Origin: Octopus sinensis | Taxonomy: Eukaryota | Reading direction: 5' to 3' | Assembly (NCBI RefSeq): GCF_006345805.1 | Contig: NC_043016.1 | Coordinates: 14,322,001 to 14,386,000 of the forward strand | Length of the DNA stretch: 64,000 nucleotides | Shown: one piece after another, positions 50,243-64,000 of the stretch | How positions within the stretch are numbered: the stretch's first letter is position 1 | How the letters are laid out: each line of letters begins with the position of its first letter | The notes under the pieces: model-generated | The model's input: only the letters and a program-made list of their open reading frames with translations | Database searches by the model: none | Told to the model about the DNA's origin: nothing | Position numbers and translations under genes: made by a program

Positions 50243-51783
50243 ACTTTTTCTATTCTTGAGCGTTATACTAATACATCTGTTGTTTTCTACACCACCTGTC
50301 TTCGTCTTTTGTTTATTTCATAAACTCTCCCTATATATATAAACTACATTATTTCATGAAACTAGTTTTGTTTCCAGACGTGAGTAAAAAATTATTTCTC
50401 ATTGGATTTGTTACTACATGACATAACCTTCTTTTGAGTTCTAATACTGTTCCACAACAATGTAAAGAATGTTATCATACTTCACTTGACACTGTGTGGA
50501 ATGGGCTCCCTGTTAACAGGTCACTTATAATAAATAAAGCGTTAAACATTTAAATTATGCAAATTAGTTCAGTAGCTGTAGTTCATTGAAATTACTGTAT
50601 TCATTGTGTATCTAAACAAATTCACAGCAGATTCACAGCCTATTTCTCTGGGATTTGCCAAGTGATGTAGACACCTGATGAGGTGCCAATAATGATTGAT
50701 AATCAATAAAGGTTGTTCATCAATATCTCAATCTGTGGAAAAGTGGTTAAATATGTTTGTACGTTTGCTACTTAGGTTTACATATAGAATAAGTAACCAT
50801 GGAAATTGAGAAAACATCTGAAGTGGATATGACACTTGACCTGAAGCACCCGTTAATTTCTTTAATTACTTGCTGGTCATTCCCCCACCCCACTACCACC
50901 ACACACACACACACACACACTATTTCTTTTGACTGTAGATTTATTTCATGATTTTTATTAATTGCCAGTATATCTAGGCTATAGAAATCTTGTGTGTGAT
51001 TAAGATAAGACTTCTTCAACAGATAGATTATTTATCAAGGACACACAGTTTTTTTTTTTTCTTCAGAAATGATAAAAGCCATTGTTAGTAGAATACCTGT
51101 AGCTAATATAGAGACTATAAAATATGGCAGGTGTGATGGTTTATGGTAGTAACAGTAATGTTCCTGAATGGGGATTGGTGATGGTTGAATTATCAAAAAT
51201 GAAATAATGGTTAGTGGTGGTGACACCTGAGTTAGTAGTTATTCATAGTAGCATCAGTGGACAATAAAGATTAGTGTTAATGGTACTTTTTCACAGTAGT
51301 TGTAGGCTGTGGTTGTGTAGAGGTAGTAGTGTAATAGTGGTTGTAATGTTGTGGTGCATCTGAGCACTAAGACAAGACAGATAGAAGTACGAGTTCACAT
51401 TGGTATTAAAAGATAAAAATAACAGAAACTTAGAGAGCTAAATCCACCTGCATTCAATTAATTAGTTACTTTCAATATGTCCCCCAAAAAATGAAAATAT
51501 CATGTATTGCCACATAAAAAGAAAATAAAAATTTGCAGCTCATTTTTGAGCTGATATATACTCTTTACTCTTTTACTCTTTTCAGTCATTTGACTGTGGC
51601 CATGCTGGAGCACCGCCTTTAGTCGCACAAATCGACCCCGAGGACTTATTCTTTGTAAGCCTAGCAGTATAACAGTCTTGTTTGCCAAACTGCTAAGTTA
51701 TGGGGACGTAAACACACCAGCATCGGTTGTCAAGCGATGTTGTGGGGACAAACACAGACACACAAATACACACACACACACAC

Positions 51784-51827
<44 letters not shown>

Positions 51828-51893
51828 AAAGAATATATTCTTTATACATATATTATTGCGGCGTAACGTACACCTTGTTCTCTTATATGTATG

Positions 51894-51945
<52 letters not shown>

Positions 51946-52919
51946 CGACTCGTGGCCGATGCCAGCACCGCCTCGACTGGCTTCCGTGCCGGTGGCACAT
52001 AAAATACACCAATCTGACCGTGGCCGTTGCCAGCCCCGCCTGGCACCTGTGCAGGTGGCACGTAAAAAGCACCCACTACACTCACGGAGTGGTTGGCGTT
52101 AGGAAGGGCATCCAGCTGTAGAAACATTGCCAAATTAGACTGGAGCCTGGTGCAGCCTTCTGGCTTCCCAGAACCCCGGTCGAACCGTCCAACCCATGCT
52201 AGCATGGAGAACGGACGTTAAACGACGATGATGATGATGATGATATATATATATATATACATATGACAGGCTTCACTCACAAGGCTTTGGTTGATCCAAG
52301 GCTATAGTAGAAGACACTTGCCCAAGGTGCCATGCAGTAGGACTGAACCCGGAACCATGTGGTTCGTAAGCAAGCTACTTACCACACAGCCATTCCTACA
52401 TAACTGATACATAATATATTTCTATAAGAGTGTCTCTAAGTGGTCACTTGGTTTGGTAGAATTAGCAGCCAAATCTCTTTCAAAATCATATCTTGGTGTT
52501 TTAAAAAAAAGCGGGAACATATACATTGGGTAATACATCTCTAAATACTCTCTGTCAAAAAGAACAAGATGGTCATGGTTGGAGTGCCTTAATCGTAGGT
52601 CTATTCAATCAGTACTAATCTGAGTTTAAACAACAACAGCAACTCTTGATAATTTTTTTTTGCCTCTGTGGGTGTGAGTGTGTGTGTGGGGGGGGGGTAT
52701 AAGAGAAATACTGAGAAAAAGTTGGAAATGTGTCAGAATTTTATAAATGTATATATTGTGTAATTAAAACAAGTTTAACTTTTTAGCATAAGTGGAAAAT
52801 TATTTCATTCTATATGTTTATATATATATGGAAAATAAAAATATAAAGATATGTTTCTATAGATAAATATTCTCATACCATAGTTCAGCTAAAAATATAT
52901 TGGTATATGTATTCTTGTA

Positions 52920-53976
52920 ATGCCTGTAATATTTGTATCTTCTGTTTATATACGTTCATGTTATTTGTTTTTGTTGTTGTTGTTTTTGTTTATTCTTATT
53001 TTGTTCATGTGTTTACATCCACTTATTATTATCATTACATATGCTTGTATGTATGTATGTATGTATGTATAACAACAATACTAGTAATAATAATAATAAA
53101 TCGGAAAAAAAAAATAGTTATTTATTTCTATTTGTTTATTTATCTGTGTATTTATTATGTTTTCGGAATCCTCTATCGTCATATGTTGTGATGTGTGCTA
53201 GTGCTCCATTCTAGTTTTCTATTCAGGCTAGGTTTATTTTCTATTATGTGTGTAGCTTCTGTAATTTATCTGATTGTTGCATCTGTTCTATGTGTGGACA
53301 ATATTTTAATTTCTATGTTGTTGATTGATCCCCCGTGTTCCTGTTCGGCGTGTTGGTACAGAATCGATGAGCTTTTACCTTCCTTGAGTTGTCTCCAATG
53401 TACATTTACCTGCTCTCCTATGCTTCTTGCCGTTTCCCCTACGTATGTCGTTGTCTTGTTACTGCATCGTCCCTCTATACATCTTATACTATAGACTACA
53501 TTATTATTACTAGTATTGTTGTTATACATACATACATACATACAAGCATATGTAATGATAATAATAAGTGGATGTAAACACATGAAAAAAATAAGAATAA
53601 ACAAAAACAACAACAACAACAACAAAAACAAATTACATGAACATATATAAACAGAAGATACAAATATTACAGGCATCCCCCCACATACACACACTAAATA
53701 AACATAGACGCACATAGAGATATAAGCATGCGTAAATGAAGACATACAATAGAAATACATAATGGCTGACGGTTAGTAAGGAGAGACACACAAATAAGAA
53801 AGAAGAAAACAAAGGACCACTGATGAGGTCACAGGAGTGTGACGAAAGAACTCTGGCCGAAATAAGATTAAGACTAATGTAAAAAATAAATATCACTGAA
53901 GCAAAATAACACCAAATATATAGTGCATGTGTTTTTATTGGCTAAACTGGCAAAATGACCATTCCTAAATACAACA
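52920..53976. mobile_element. Penelope-like element relic: GIY-YIG (- strand) between inverted pseudo-LTR segments, with hammerhead
   Basis: VVYSIRC...TYVGETARSI...H...SILYQH...IKIL...*ITEATHIIENKPSLNRKLEW at ~53190-53500(-); inverted ~175-bp repeats 52920-53092 / 53501-53676; ends in (AT)n. Confidence 0.8.
53814..53858 (+). ncRNA. Minimal type I hammerhead ribozyme in PLE pseudo-LTR
   Basis: gacca-CUGAUGA-g-gucaca(ggag)ugugac-GAAA-gaac-UC-uggcc. Confidence 0.7.
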
Positions 53977-54075
53977 ATATATATATATATAAAATTAATT
54001 AAGGGTAGAAATTGATATTAGTCAATTAAAACCAGTGGTCTAGCATATTAAAAAGAATCCGAAGATTAAAATATT

Positions 54076-54289
54076 TATATATACCAATTAAGGACTGAAC
54101 ACGAAAAGTGGACAGTCAACATGCTAGATATAGACGTCAAATCGCCATTCTCCACAAAGATTATGTTCTCAAATAAAACTCAGCACAAAACCTGAGTTTT
54201 ATTTGAGAACATAGTCTTTGTGGAGAATGGCAATTTGACGTCTATATCTAGCATGTTGACTGTCCACTTTTCGTGTTCAGTCCTTAATT

Positions 54290-54299
<10 letters not shown>
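54076..54299. repeat. ~108-bp-arm inverted repeat with 8-nt spacer
   Basis: Arms 54076-54183 / 54192-54299 with few mismatches; bounded by (AT)n. Confidence 0.93.
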
Positions 54300-54330
<31 letters not shown>

Positions 54331-54567
54331 CAGGATGAATTGATCTCCATAAAAGCATAATCCATTTTAACATCAAATCTGCTTCATTTCATTCATTTGA
54401 TAGAATTTATTGAACTTTGTTTAATAAATTAACTCTGATATTGATTATTTCTTTACACACATGCATATATATGACACCAATTTATTTATAATAGATGAAA
54501 AAAATTATTGTAATGCAATTTTTTAGTATTTTGAGAAATTCAAGAAAATATTTTCTTTTAATTACAG

Positions 54568-54719
54568 CAACAAAGAAAGAATTATCATTGTTGGATCACA
54601 CTCGCATAAAGTGAGTGCAGTTGTTGCCAGTTCTGGTCAGTTGTTGTGGGAAACCCTTCTAGCTGACCGTGTTGAGAGTTCGGCTTGTGTTTCATCATGT
54701 GGTCAACATATAGTAGTCG
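54568..54719 (+). CDS. AASDH: AASDH exon (PQQ-like beta-propeller)
   Basis: ttacAG acceptor in phase 2, compatible with the exon ending at 11808. (S)NKERIIIVGSHSHKVSAVVASSGQLLWETLLADRVESSACVSSCGQHIVV(G), GTatgt donor. Not in the ORF track. Confidence 0.92.
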
Positions 54720-56101
54720 GTATGTAAACATGACTTAAAATTTGTGAAGATTTATTTTTCTCACTTAACTCTTTAGCATTTAAACCAACCATATCCACTT
54801 CTAGCCTTTCATCCTTTCAAGGTCAGTATATTAAGTACCAGTTATGTACTGGGGTTGATCTAATCAACTGGCCCCCCCTCCCCAAAATTTCAGGCCTCAT
54901 CTCTAGAGTAGAAAAGAATATTCTGTTTTATGTTCAAATCAACCATATCTGGCCCCTCACACCTACCCTTCAATATCATTCTAAAAATAAACAATCACTT
55001 CATCAAGATTTCAAAACTCTAAGATAATCCTTTCTACTAAAGGCACAATGCCTGAAATTTTTGGAGAGGGGGGGCCAGTCGATTAGATTGATCTCAGTAC
55101 GGAACTGGTACTTAATTTATCAACCCTGAAAGGAATGAAAGGCAAAGTCAACCTTAGCGGAATTTGAACTCAGAACATAAAGACAGGCGAAATACTACTA
55201 AGAATTTCACCCTGCATGCTAACATTTCTGTCAGCTCACCGCCTTGCTATAAGATAATATATGATTAATTCAAAACAACATGAAAATATAAGCATTAGAT
55301 TTGACAGAGTAATCTGAATGTTAAAGGGTTAATAATGGTAATTTGTAGAAAGAGATACGAGAGTGATTATGGAAGGATGGGGTACAAGCAGTTGTTAGTT
55401 GTTTTGACCTTGAATGTTACTGTTACTTATTTTATCAAACTTGAAGAAGAAAATGTCAAACTTTGTACCAATAGAATTCAAAGTCAATTCTGGAAAATCA
55501 AAATTAGTCTCAATAGAATTTATAATCAGTTCTGAGTCAATTATTTCATTTCGTTGCAACACTAAGTTACAGGACACACACGCAGGTACTAGTTCCTTTT
55601 TCTTGTTTTTCAAACACTGCTTATGCAAAGACGGACATTCATGTGCCTGCAAAGACTGTCTATGGTACTCTACACAGGAAGGGCTGTCCTGATGGCACAC
55701 CAAACCCAGAAAGTATTCTCATCTTTAGAAATAAAGAATAGTAGTAGAACATTTCAATGAAAGTAGGAACTGAATATAAGAATAATAGGGTATATGTTGT
55801 TATGTCAGGGAGCAAAAGCTGTTCACCGTTGTAGAGATCAATTGATCAACTGACCAGCAGATGTGAATGTTTCATCAAAAGTAGGAAAAAAGGTGAACAT
55901 TTATTCTTTTATTTGTTTCAGTCATTTGACTGGCCATGCTGGAGCATCGCCTTTAGTCGAACAAATCGTCCCCAGGATTTATTCTTTGTAAACCTGGTAC
56001 TTATTCTATCGGTCTCTTTTGCCAAACCACTAAGTTACAGCAATGTAAACATACCAGCAACAATTGTCAAGCAATGTTGGTGGGACAAATACACACACAC
56101 A

Positions 56102-56163
<62 letters not shown>

Positions 56164-57573
56164 ACACACACACACAACTGGCTTCTTTCAGTTTCCGTCT
56201 ACCAAATCTACTCACAAGGTTTTGGTTGACCCAAGACTATAGTAGAATACACTTGCTCAAGGTGCCACACAGTGGGACTGAACTCAGAACCATGTAGTTG
56301 GTAAGCAAGCTACTTACCACACATCCACTCCTGCCCTATAGAGCCACGCCTGCATCTATATGGGGAATTGATGAGAAACCTAGTGCTCATTACATTGTAG
56401 CTTTTGATTTTACTTGTTAGTTGTTATCATAAGTGCACTGGGTTACATGGCAACAGATCAGGTTAGAAATCTAGAAATGCTTGGATTCTCAAAATAATAA
56501 TAATAATAATAATCATCGTTTAATGTCCACCTTCCATGCCAGCATGGGTTGGACGATTTGACTGAGGTCTGGTGAAACAGATGGCTGCACCAGACTCCAA
56601 TCTTGATCTAGCAGAGTTTCTACAGCTGGATGCCCTTCCTAACACCAACCACTCCGAGAGTGTAGTGGGTGCTTTTACATGCTACCGGCACAAGGGCCAG
56701 TCAGGTGGTACTGGCAATGACCTTGCTCGAATGGTGCTTTTTATGTGCCACCTGCACAGGAGCCAGTCCAGTGACACTGGCAACGACCTAGCTCAGATGT
56801 TTTTCACCACAGACCAGATTAATTTGCATTCTATCTTGCTTGGAGGTACAGTGAAAATTAGTAAAACATTTCTGGAATTTTCCATTTGATATTCCTAGGC
56901 AAATGTATGCATACTATCATAAAATACATGTGGGGTACGTGTGTATGCACATAAACAGCAATGAAACATATTTGTGTTCTGTCATGAGATGCATATGTAT
57001 GTCTATAAGTTTACCCTACATCCACACAATTATGCACAACATGTATATATATATATATATGCATACATCAACTACTTCAAGTAACCAAAAACCCCAAAGC
57101 TGCCTTGACTTAAATAAAAGAGTCTCATCTCTTTGTTAGTGACTGGTTTGAATTCTGTAATGATAAAAGCTTTTAATAAATCAAAAAGGAACATACATGT
57201 ATGTATGTATACACACCACATACACACTACATACACATGTGCATGCATATATACATACATATTATCATTATCATCATCATTATTATTATTTGCCATCCAT
57301 GCTGACAGGAGTTGGACAGTTTGACATACTCATACACACCACTCAAACACATATACATACATGAACATATGCACACATACATGTACATACACACACACAC
57401 ACACATATTCACACCATATAATAACACATACATACCACACATACACACATATATGTATACTCATACACACCATACATACATACATGCATACATATATATG
57501 CATACACATATGTATACACACACACATTCACACCATACAATAGCACATACATACACACATACATGCATGCATG

Positions 57574-57608
<35 letters not shown>

Positions 57609-58737
57609 AATCAAAATTTAGCTTAAGTGATGATTACATTTAGATGCACAGCTGCTGATTCAAGAATTATTTCAATTAATTTCACTCATCATCATCATCA
57701 TCGTCATCATCATCATCTCCACTTGATGGTATTAAGGTAGATTAATACCATCGTTGCCTAATAAGCCAATGAACGATGAAACCGAGAGTCGTAATGTGAT
57801 GAACGACTAATCCAGATTTTGGATAAAATTGTTAAACTTTACATTTTTATAGAAATTTCTCTAATGTCCAAAATTACTTTACTCGATATTATATATGCAT
57901 TTGTGTGTGTGTACGTATGTATTTATGAATATATACGTATATGTGTGTGTGTGTTAATGTGTGTGTTTATATAGATATAAGTGTGTGTGTGTGTATATAT
58001 ATATCATCATTATCATCGTTTAACGTCCGTTCTCCATGCTAGCATGGGTTGGACGGTTCGACCGGAGATCTGCGAAGCCAGAAGGCTGCACCAGGCTCCA
58101 GTCTGATCTGGCAATGTTTCTACAGCTGGATGCCCTTCCTAATGCCAACCACTCCGTGAGTGTAGTGGGTGCTTTTTACGTGCCACCTGCACAGGTGCCA
58201 GGCGAGGCTGGCAACGGCCACAGTCGGATTGGTGTATTTTATGTGCCACCGGCACAGAAGCCAGTCGAGGCGGCACTGGCTTCGGCCACGATTCGGATGA
58301 TGCTTTTACGTGCCACCGGCACTGTCCACTTTCCATGCCGGTATGTGTTGGACGGTTTGACAGGGAACTAGTAGACTGCAAGGCTGTGTCGAGCTCCATT
58401 TTCTATGGCATGGTTTCTACACCTGGATGCCCTTCCTAATGCCGACTACTTTAGAGAGTATATTGGGTGCTTTTTCATGCCACTGGCACCAGTGTGGTTG
58501 CCATATAACTTGCAGGACTGAAAAGAGCTGAGAATTAGAAGCACAAAAGGGAGCAAAAAATTCCCGCTTCTAAGAAGTATTTGGGAGTGTGTGTGTGTGC
58601 ATGAATTTATGTAAATATATGCATACATATATATGTGTCCTTGTGTGTGTGTGTGTATGTATGTATGGATGGATGGATCGATGGATGGACGGACAGATGG
58701 ACGGACATTATATTTTAGTGTTAATGTTTCATTACAG

Positions 58738-58901
58738 GTTGCTATGATGGCTGCATTTACGTATTACAAACAGCAACTGGTGACATAGTATGGACGTTTT
58801 CAACAAGTGATATTGTGAAAAGTTCACCCGTTGTCGATCCTGTGACCTCTTACGTTTGGTTTGGTTCCCACGATAGAAATATATACTCTCTTGATATTCA
58901 G
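58738..58901 (+). CDS. AASDH: AASDH exon (PQQ-like beta-propeller); gene continues beyond the last exon found
   Basis: ttacAG acceptor in phase 1. GCYDGCIYVLQTATGDIVWTFSTSDIVKSSPVVDPVTSYVWFGSHDRNIYSLDIQ, GTaaac donor. Confidence 0.92.
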
Positions 58902-59101
58902 GTAAACAAAACTCCAGGTGGATTCCTTATTGCTTAACACCATTATTTTGCATATTGATACATCAATACTGTTTTCATTGTGTGTACGCTTTTGTCTTAG
59001 GTGTTTCCTTGTTGTGTTGTGATTGTCAAGAAGAGGGAAGCTTGGTGAGAAAGAAGCAAACCACAGGTCTCGTATCCTGAATACTCATTCTTTAATCAAA
59101 T

Positions 59102-59440
59102 GTACAGAGTGTGATGGATAAATTGCCACCATTTTATATTTTTAATTTCGCACATGTGCATTGTTTTTGATTTTGTCAACTACACAGTATAGTAGGGTCT
59201 GTGGGGCACTGTCTGTGAGAAAAACAGCACCATGATGCACTTCACTCTGCCGCAAATTTGGAAACAACATGTATTGCTTGGCTTGCATGCCAGAAGATCT
59301 GATATGGATATTTCAGAGTGATTGGTGTCAATCTGAGGACACTGCATGTACTGAGAGTGATAAAAATCAAACATCCAGTCAACATCATGGTGTTTGGAGT
59401 GATCACTAGTGATGGCAACATTATACCTCCATCCATTTTT
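59102..59440 (+). mobile_element. Tc1/mariner-superfamily fragment
   Basis: tacagagtg terminus and KHPVNIMVFGVITSDGNIIPP. Confidence 0.55.
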
Positions 59441-59622
59441 ACTTTTACACCAAATAAACAGCAACATGTTATATTAAAAGTGGGTGAAACAGTGTTGAAT
59501 TAATGAGATACTGCTTGTAAAATTACAAAACCAGTTAATATAACCAAATATGCAACAAAACCCCAATATTCCAAGTGTAAACATTGATATATAAACCATA
59601 ATATAAACCACAACCAATATGT

Positions 59623-60522
59623 ATCAGGTTGTCCCATAAATAATGCAGCTTTTTTTTATACTTCTTTTATTTTTTAAAATTAAGATAAATAAACTTCCTT
59701 TTTAATCTAAATTATACTCTCCATTTTCTATAATGCTCTTCTCTGGTAGACTTACAAGACCCCTCTTCCAAAATTCACTTGTCCGTGACGAAAAACACTT
59801 CTCCAGTACTGTTCTGACTTCGTCTACAGAATTCATATTTGTTCCATCCAAATGATTTTGAAAATTGCGGAAAAACTGATAATCAGATGGGGCATTGTCT
59901 GGTGAATATGGTGAGTGGGGCATCGTTTCCCATACAAACTGATCCAGCTTTTGGAATGTCATCCTGTATGTGGCCCAGTATTATCCAGATGGAAGACCAC
60001 CTTTTGTTTTGAAACCAAAGATGATCGTTTTTCTTCTGGTGCTGGTGTCGATGAATGGTTGAATGACCAAATCCAAGTTTCTCTGCTAGTTCCTCAACAG
60101 TTACAATAGGATTCTGTTCCACAAGGTCTGCAAGGTCTCCTTGTCAAGCTCTGCAGATCTTCTTTGATGAGGCTGGTCTTGTAGGCTGTAGTTTCCGGCT
60201 CGGAATTTCTGGAATCACCGTTGACACTGGCTTACTCTTATTGTCCAATCCCCATATACTGTATCAATATTCCTCTCACTTTCCATTGTGTTGTTGTCTT
60301 TATTGAACTCATAAAGCAAAATATGCCGAATATGCTCCTTTGTCACTTCCATTATAGCTTTGAAAAATCGAACTGTATTCTTCAAAACTTATATTAAGAG
60401 TAAGAACAAGGTAAAATTACTACCTGCTTTCATGGCAAGTTGAAGCAGGTGGCTTATCTTGTCTCCCTCTGGCTTTTAGTTCAATGAATCGAAAAAACTG
60501 CATTATTTATGGGATGACCCAA
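59623..60522 (-). mobile_element. Internally deleted mariner transposon with both TIRs
   Basis: TIRs ggttgtcccataaataatgcag / ctgcattatttatgggatgacc; PHSPYSPDNAPSDYQFF motif. Confidence 0.85.
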
Positions 60523-63500
60523 TGTATATAAACAAATAAAAAAAAAAAGAAGCTTCGTTTACATGAATATACCTAAGTACCCAACCATAATTTACATTTC
60601 ACAGAATATGAATTACAGAATCAAATGAATATTCAATACCTGAAGTATAACATATAGCAAGAAACCCCCCCCCCTTCCCACCGCCTCAATAACTGAATAA
60701 TTAAACATGACCTCAGTGTAGCAGGGTAGGATCATGAAACCAGTATGATCTCAAGCTGAAATTCCTGGCCTCCACATCAGACCATGGTCGATAGTGAGAA
60801 CATGCTGAGGCCCTTGTCCTTCAGTGGACAGGTAATAGGCAATCCTATTCATTGGTATTTTACTGCTGTTTCTTGGATTCTCTTTCTCGCATATGCACAT
60901 ACATACACACTGAATCACATATGTAGATTTAAGTGGTGTATCTTTTATCTTTTGCTTCTTTCAGTCATTAGGCTGTGGCCATGCTGGGGCACCACCTTGA
61001 AGAATATTTAGTCAAATGAATTGACCCCAGTACTTACTGTTTTTTAAAAACCTGGTACTTATTTCATCAGTCTCTTTTGCCAAACTGCTAAGCTATGGAG
61101 ATGTGAACATGCCAACACTGGTTGTCAAGTAGTGGTGGGGAACACACACACACAATGGGCTTCTTTCAGTTTCCATTTACCAAATCCACTCACAAGGCTT
61201 TTGCCAGCGTGAGGCTATAGTAGAAGACACATGCCCAAGGTACCATGCAGTGGGACTGAACCCAGAACCATGTGGTTGAGAAGCAAGCTTCTTACTCCAC
61301 AGCCATGCCTGCACCTATATGTATGCATATGTTTTTTTTAATATCAGTTGTTTAGTCCCAGGAAAATGTGAAGTTCATGACCATCACCATCTCTTAAGAG
61401 ATTATATCTGTTGATAAGATAAAGGCTGTCACCTGATTGTGAATGGGTCATTGCCAATTAACCAAGCGGTGTCCTTTTTCTTTATTATTATGCAGTAAGT
61501 TCTAGATACTGTAAGAAACAGTTTTTCATGATGGAAGTCTTACTTGTGGAATTTAGAAGGTCAGCAACTAATTGGGATTGAAGTATTTTCTGACCCTGAA
61601 ATGAAATTCTGGTGTAATTCTTGACAATGTTATATGCATGATAGGACGCACATGAGAGATATTTTATCTTTTACTTGTTTCCATCATTAGACTGTGGCCA
61701 TGCTGGGGCACCACCTTGAAGGGCTTTCAGTTAAAGGAATCTACACCTATACTTCATTTTCTTTTCTTTTTTTTTCTTTTCAAGCCCTGTACTCATATTA
61801 TGTCTCTTTTGCTAAACCATTAAGTTACAAGGATTTAAACAAACCAACTACGGTTATCAAGCAATGACAGGGGTCAAATACACGTACAGAAACACACATA
61901 TAAATGCATGCACATGCATGCATGCACACACATACACGCATGCATATATATGATGGACCTCTTTCAGTTTCCATCTACCAAATCTACTCACAAGGCACTG
62001 GTCAAACCAAGGGTACGGTAGAAGACACTTGCCCAAGGTGCCATACAGTGGAACTGAACCTGGAATCATGTGGCTGGAAGTAAACTTCTTACCACAGAGC
62101 CACACCTAGGCCTACATGATAATCAGAGATTTTTAGCAAGTTGAAAATTTTAAACTTTTTGCTGTTTATTTGATGTAAAGGTGAAGAATTGCAAGACTTT
62201 CCTTGATACTGTAAGTATCATTGCCTTGGTATTGTTGCTCAAGACTATTGGTTATCATATCCACATTGAAGATATTTTGAAGGTGATAAGTCATAAAAAC
62301 AGTATACGTCTGATGTGGTTTTGTGGGCTGTGTTGATAAAGACTGTGTGTAGCATGTTAACGGGGACAGACAGTTGGTTATAATTTGCATAACTGTATGC
62401 ACATATGATTAGGAATAACGGTGAGGAGGTTGGTATTGAACGAGTGGAAGAGGAGAGGGTAGAAGACACAAGCTTAATAAAATGCAGATCAAAACAGCCA
62501 TGTCAGCACATACTACAATTTTCAAATTTCCAATACAATATTCATGAGTTTTAGGAACCAGAAGAATTTTACATAGTGCTGGTTCTAAAGAAATGGTACT
62601 GTTGCCATTGAAAGACCCATTGTTTAGGACTGTTTTACCTTTGGTAGCATGGTGATTAATAAAAGTAATAAACACTATCATGACCAGCTGTTGGTAGTTT
62701 TAGATTTTTTTCATTGGGGAAGGTAAACTTAGAAACAGAGATTTCAAGAGATGTTTGTTGAGGTTGCACTCCATAGAATTGGAAACAAAATAAACATCAA
62801 ATAGGATATTTCATCTGCAGGTTAGGTAATTTGTGGAAATGGTGGAAGTGGGTAGATTCTGTTATTTGAGAGGTCTGAGAGCTTAGAGGTAATGTAATTC
62901 ATGAAAACATTCTTTACTGTCCTGATGAATGCGATGGGTTGCAAAACAAGATGAAAATCTTTGTTATTAACAACCTCGTGGGAGAACTTTGTGATTGGGA
63001 AGGCAGGTTCAGAATGAAGTTGGAATATAACATACCTAAGAATGGACAGTTGATAAAGAATAGAGCTATAGTATAAGGGATTTAGGACTTAAATGGAATA
63101 AGTGGCATTAGTTGCTTTGACTGTTATATGGCATTAGGTATTTGTTTAACCCTTTCAATACCAACCTGGCTGAAAATGCCTCTGGCTCTGTAGTACAAAT
63201 ACCTCATTTTCAAAAGTTCCAAATTAAACCAAATCTTAGTCACAATTTATGTTCCAAACACTAGCTTAATGATAACTAAGATATTTTACTAAATTCTTTG
63301 TTATATTTAAAATTAATTGAAAGAAACACAGAACATCTTAACAGAAATATGGTAAGAAAAGGGTTAAAGGACTTAGTTTAAACTCCATGCCCATGACTTC
63401 ATATGCTGATGGCAAGAAAGCTGAACAGCAGAAAGTCTTCAGAGAAGAAACTCCACTCATGCCCTTAATTTCTCACACTTTAAGGGGGTCAGGCTATATC

Positions 63501-63864
63501 CAGGTTTTAACCCCTGGGTTCCCTTCTGCTGACACTTTTTAGCCACTTGGATATCAGAGATTTACTCTTTTCACTTCAATGTTCTCCAGTTTATTGTATG
63601 AGACACAGTTGGGTAGTCTGGGAATGTTGAATATTCTCCATGGTCCAGTCTGATTCTGTCTGCTGCAGGTTCTGTGTTAGCAAAAGGTGGTGGTAGTTTC
63701 ATTGAGGGACTGAAATGTACAGATATTAAGTGTAAGAGTGGGAGAATTGTGAAACAGATTATGTTTAAAACTTGTGTGTTTGTGTGTATATGTATGCATA
63801 TGTGTGTGTTTGTGTATGTTTATAGAACTTGAACTTATGTGAATAGATATTTTGTGTCTGTCCA

Positions 63865-63914
<50 letters not shown>

Positions 63915-64000
63915 ATAAAAGATTGTGGGTTAGGCCAAAACAATGCAAAGTAAATGCAAGGTAAATCACAAGAAAACAAATATGTGAATTAATGTAGACT

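Noticed and set aside
50671-50715. CTGATGAG hammerhead-like start
   Set aside because: No stem II followed by GAAA and no stem I partner.
62400-63100. Possible further AASDH exon or retroelement RT remnant
   Set aside because: No propeller-like reading frame with splice sites was found, and the retroelement similarity is too weak to support.

Overview
AT-rich, microsatellite- and repeat-dense eukaryotic DNA, most likely a coleoid cephalopod (Octopus-like; inferred from the repeat families, not proven). The only host gene is the internal part of an AASDH/ACSF4 (NRPS-like beta-alanine-activating enzyme) orthologue on the + strand. Six phase-compatible GT-AG exons (1310-1482, 2441-2654, 5799-5890, 11171-11808, 54568-54719, 58738-58901) encode the end of the adenylation domain, the phosphopantetheine carrier domain and the start of the PQQ-type beta-propeller; one intron is ~42.8 kb. 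The introns contain an intact RTE-clade LINE with a PHD-type finger inside its RT, many RTE/CR1 fragments, three SINE families, Tc1/mariner relics, non-autonomous Helitrons and TTAA MITEs. The most unusual signal is a set of type-I hammerhead ribozyme motifs (canonical, G3-C8 swapped and CUGU-variant cores). They are mostly associated with fold-back inverted repeats, microsatellites and degenerate GIY-YIG sequence, consistent with Penelope-like element relics, and some lie sense to the host pre-mRNA. All folds were read by eye and activity is untested.
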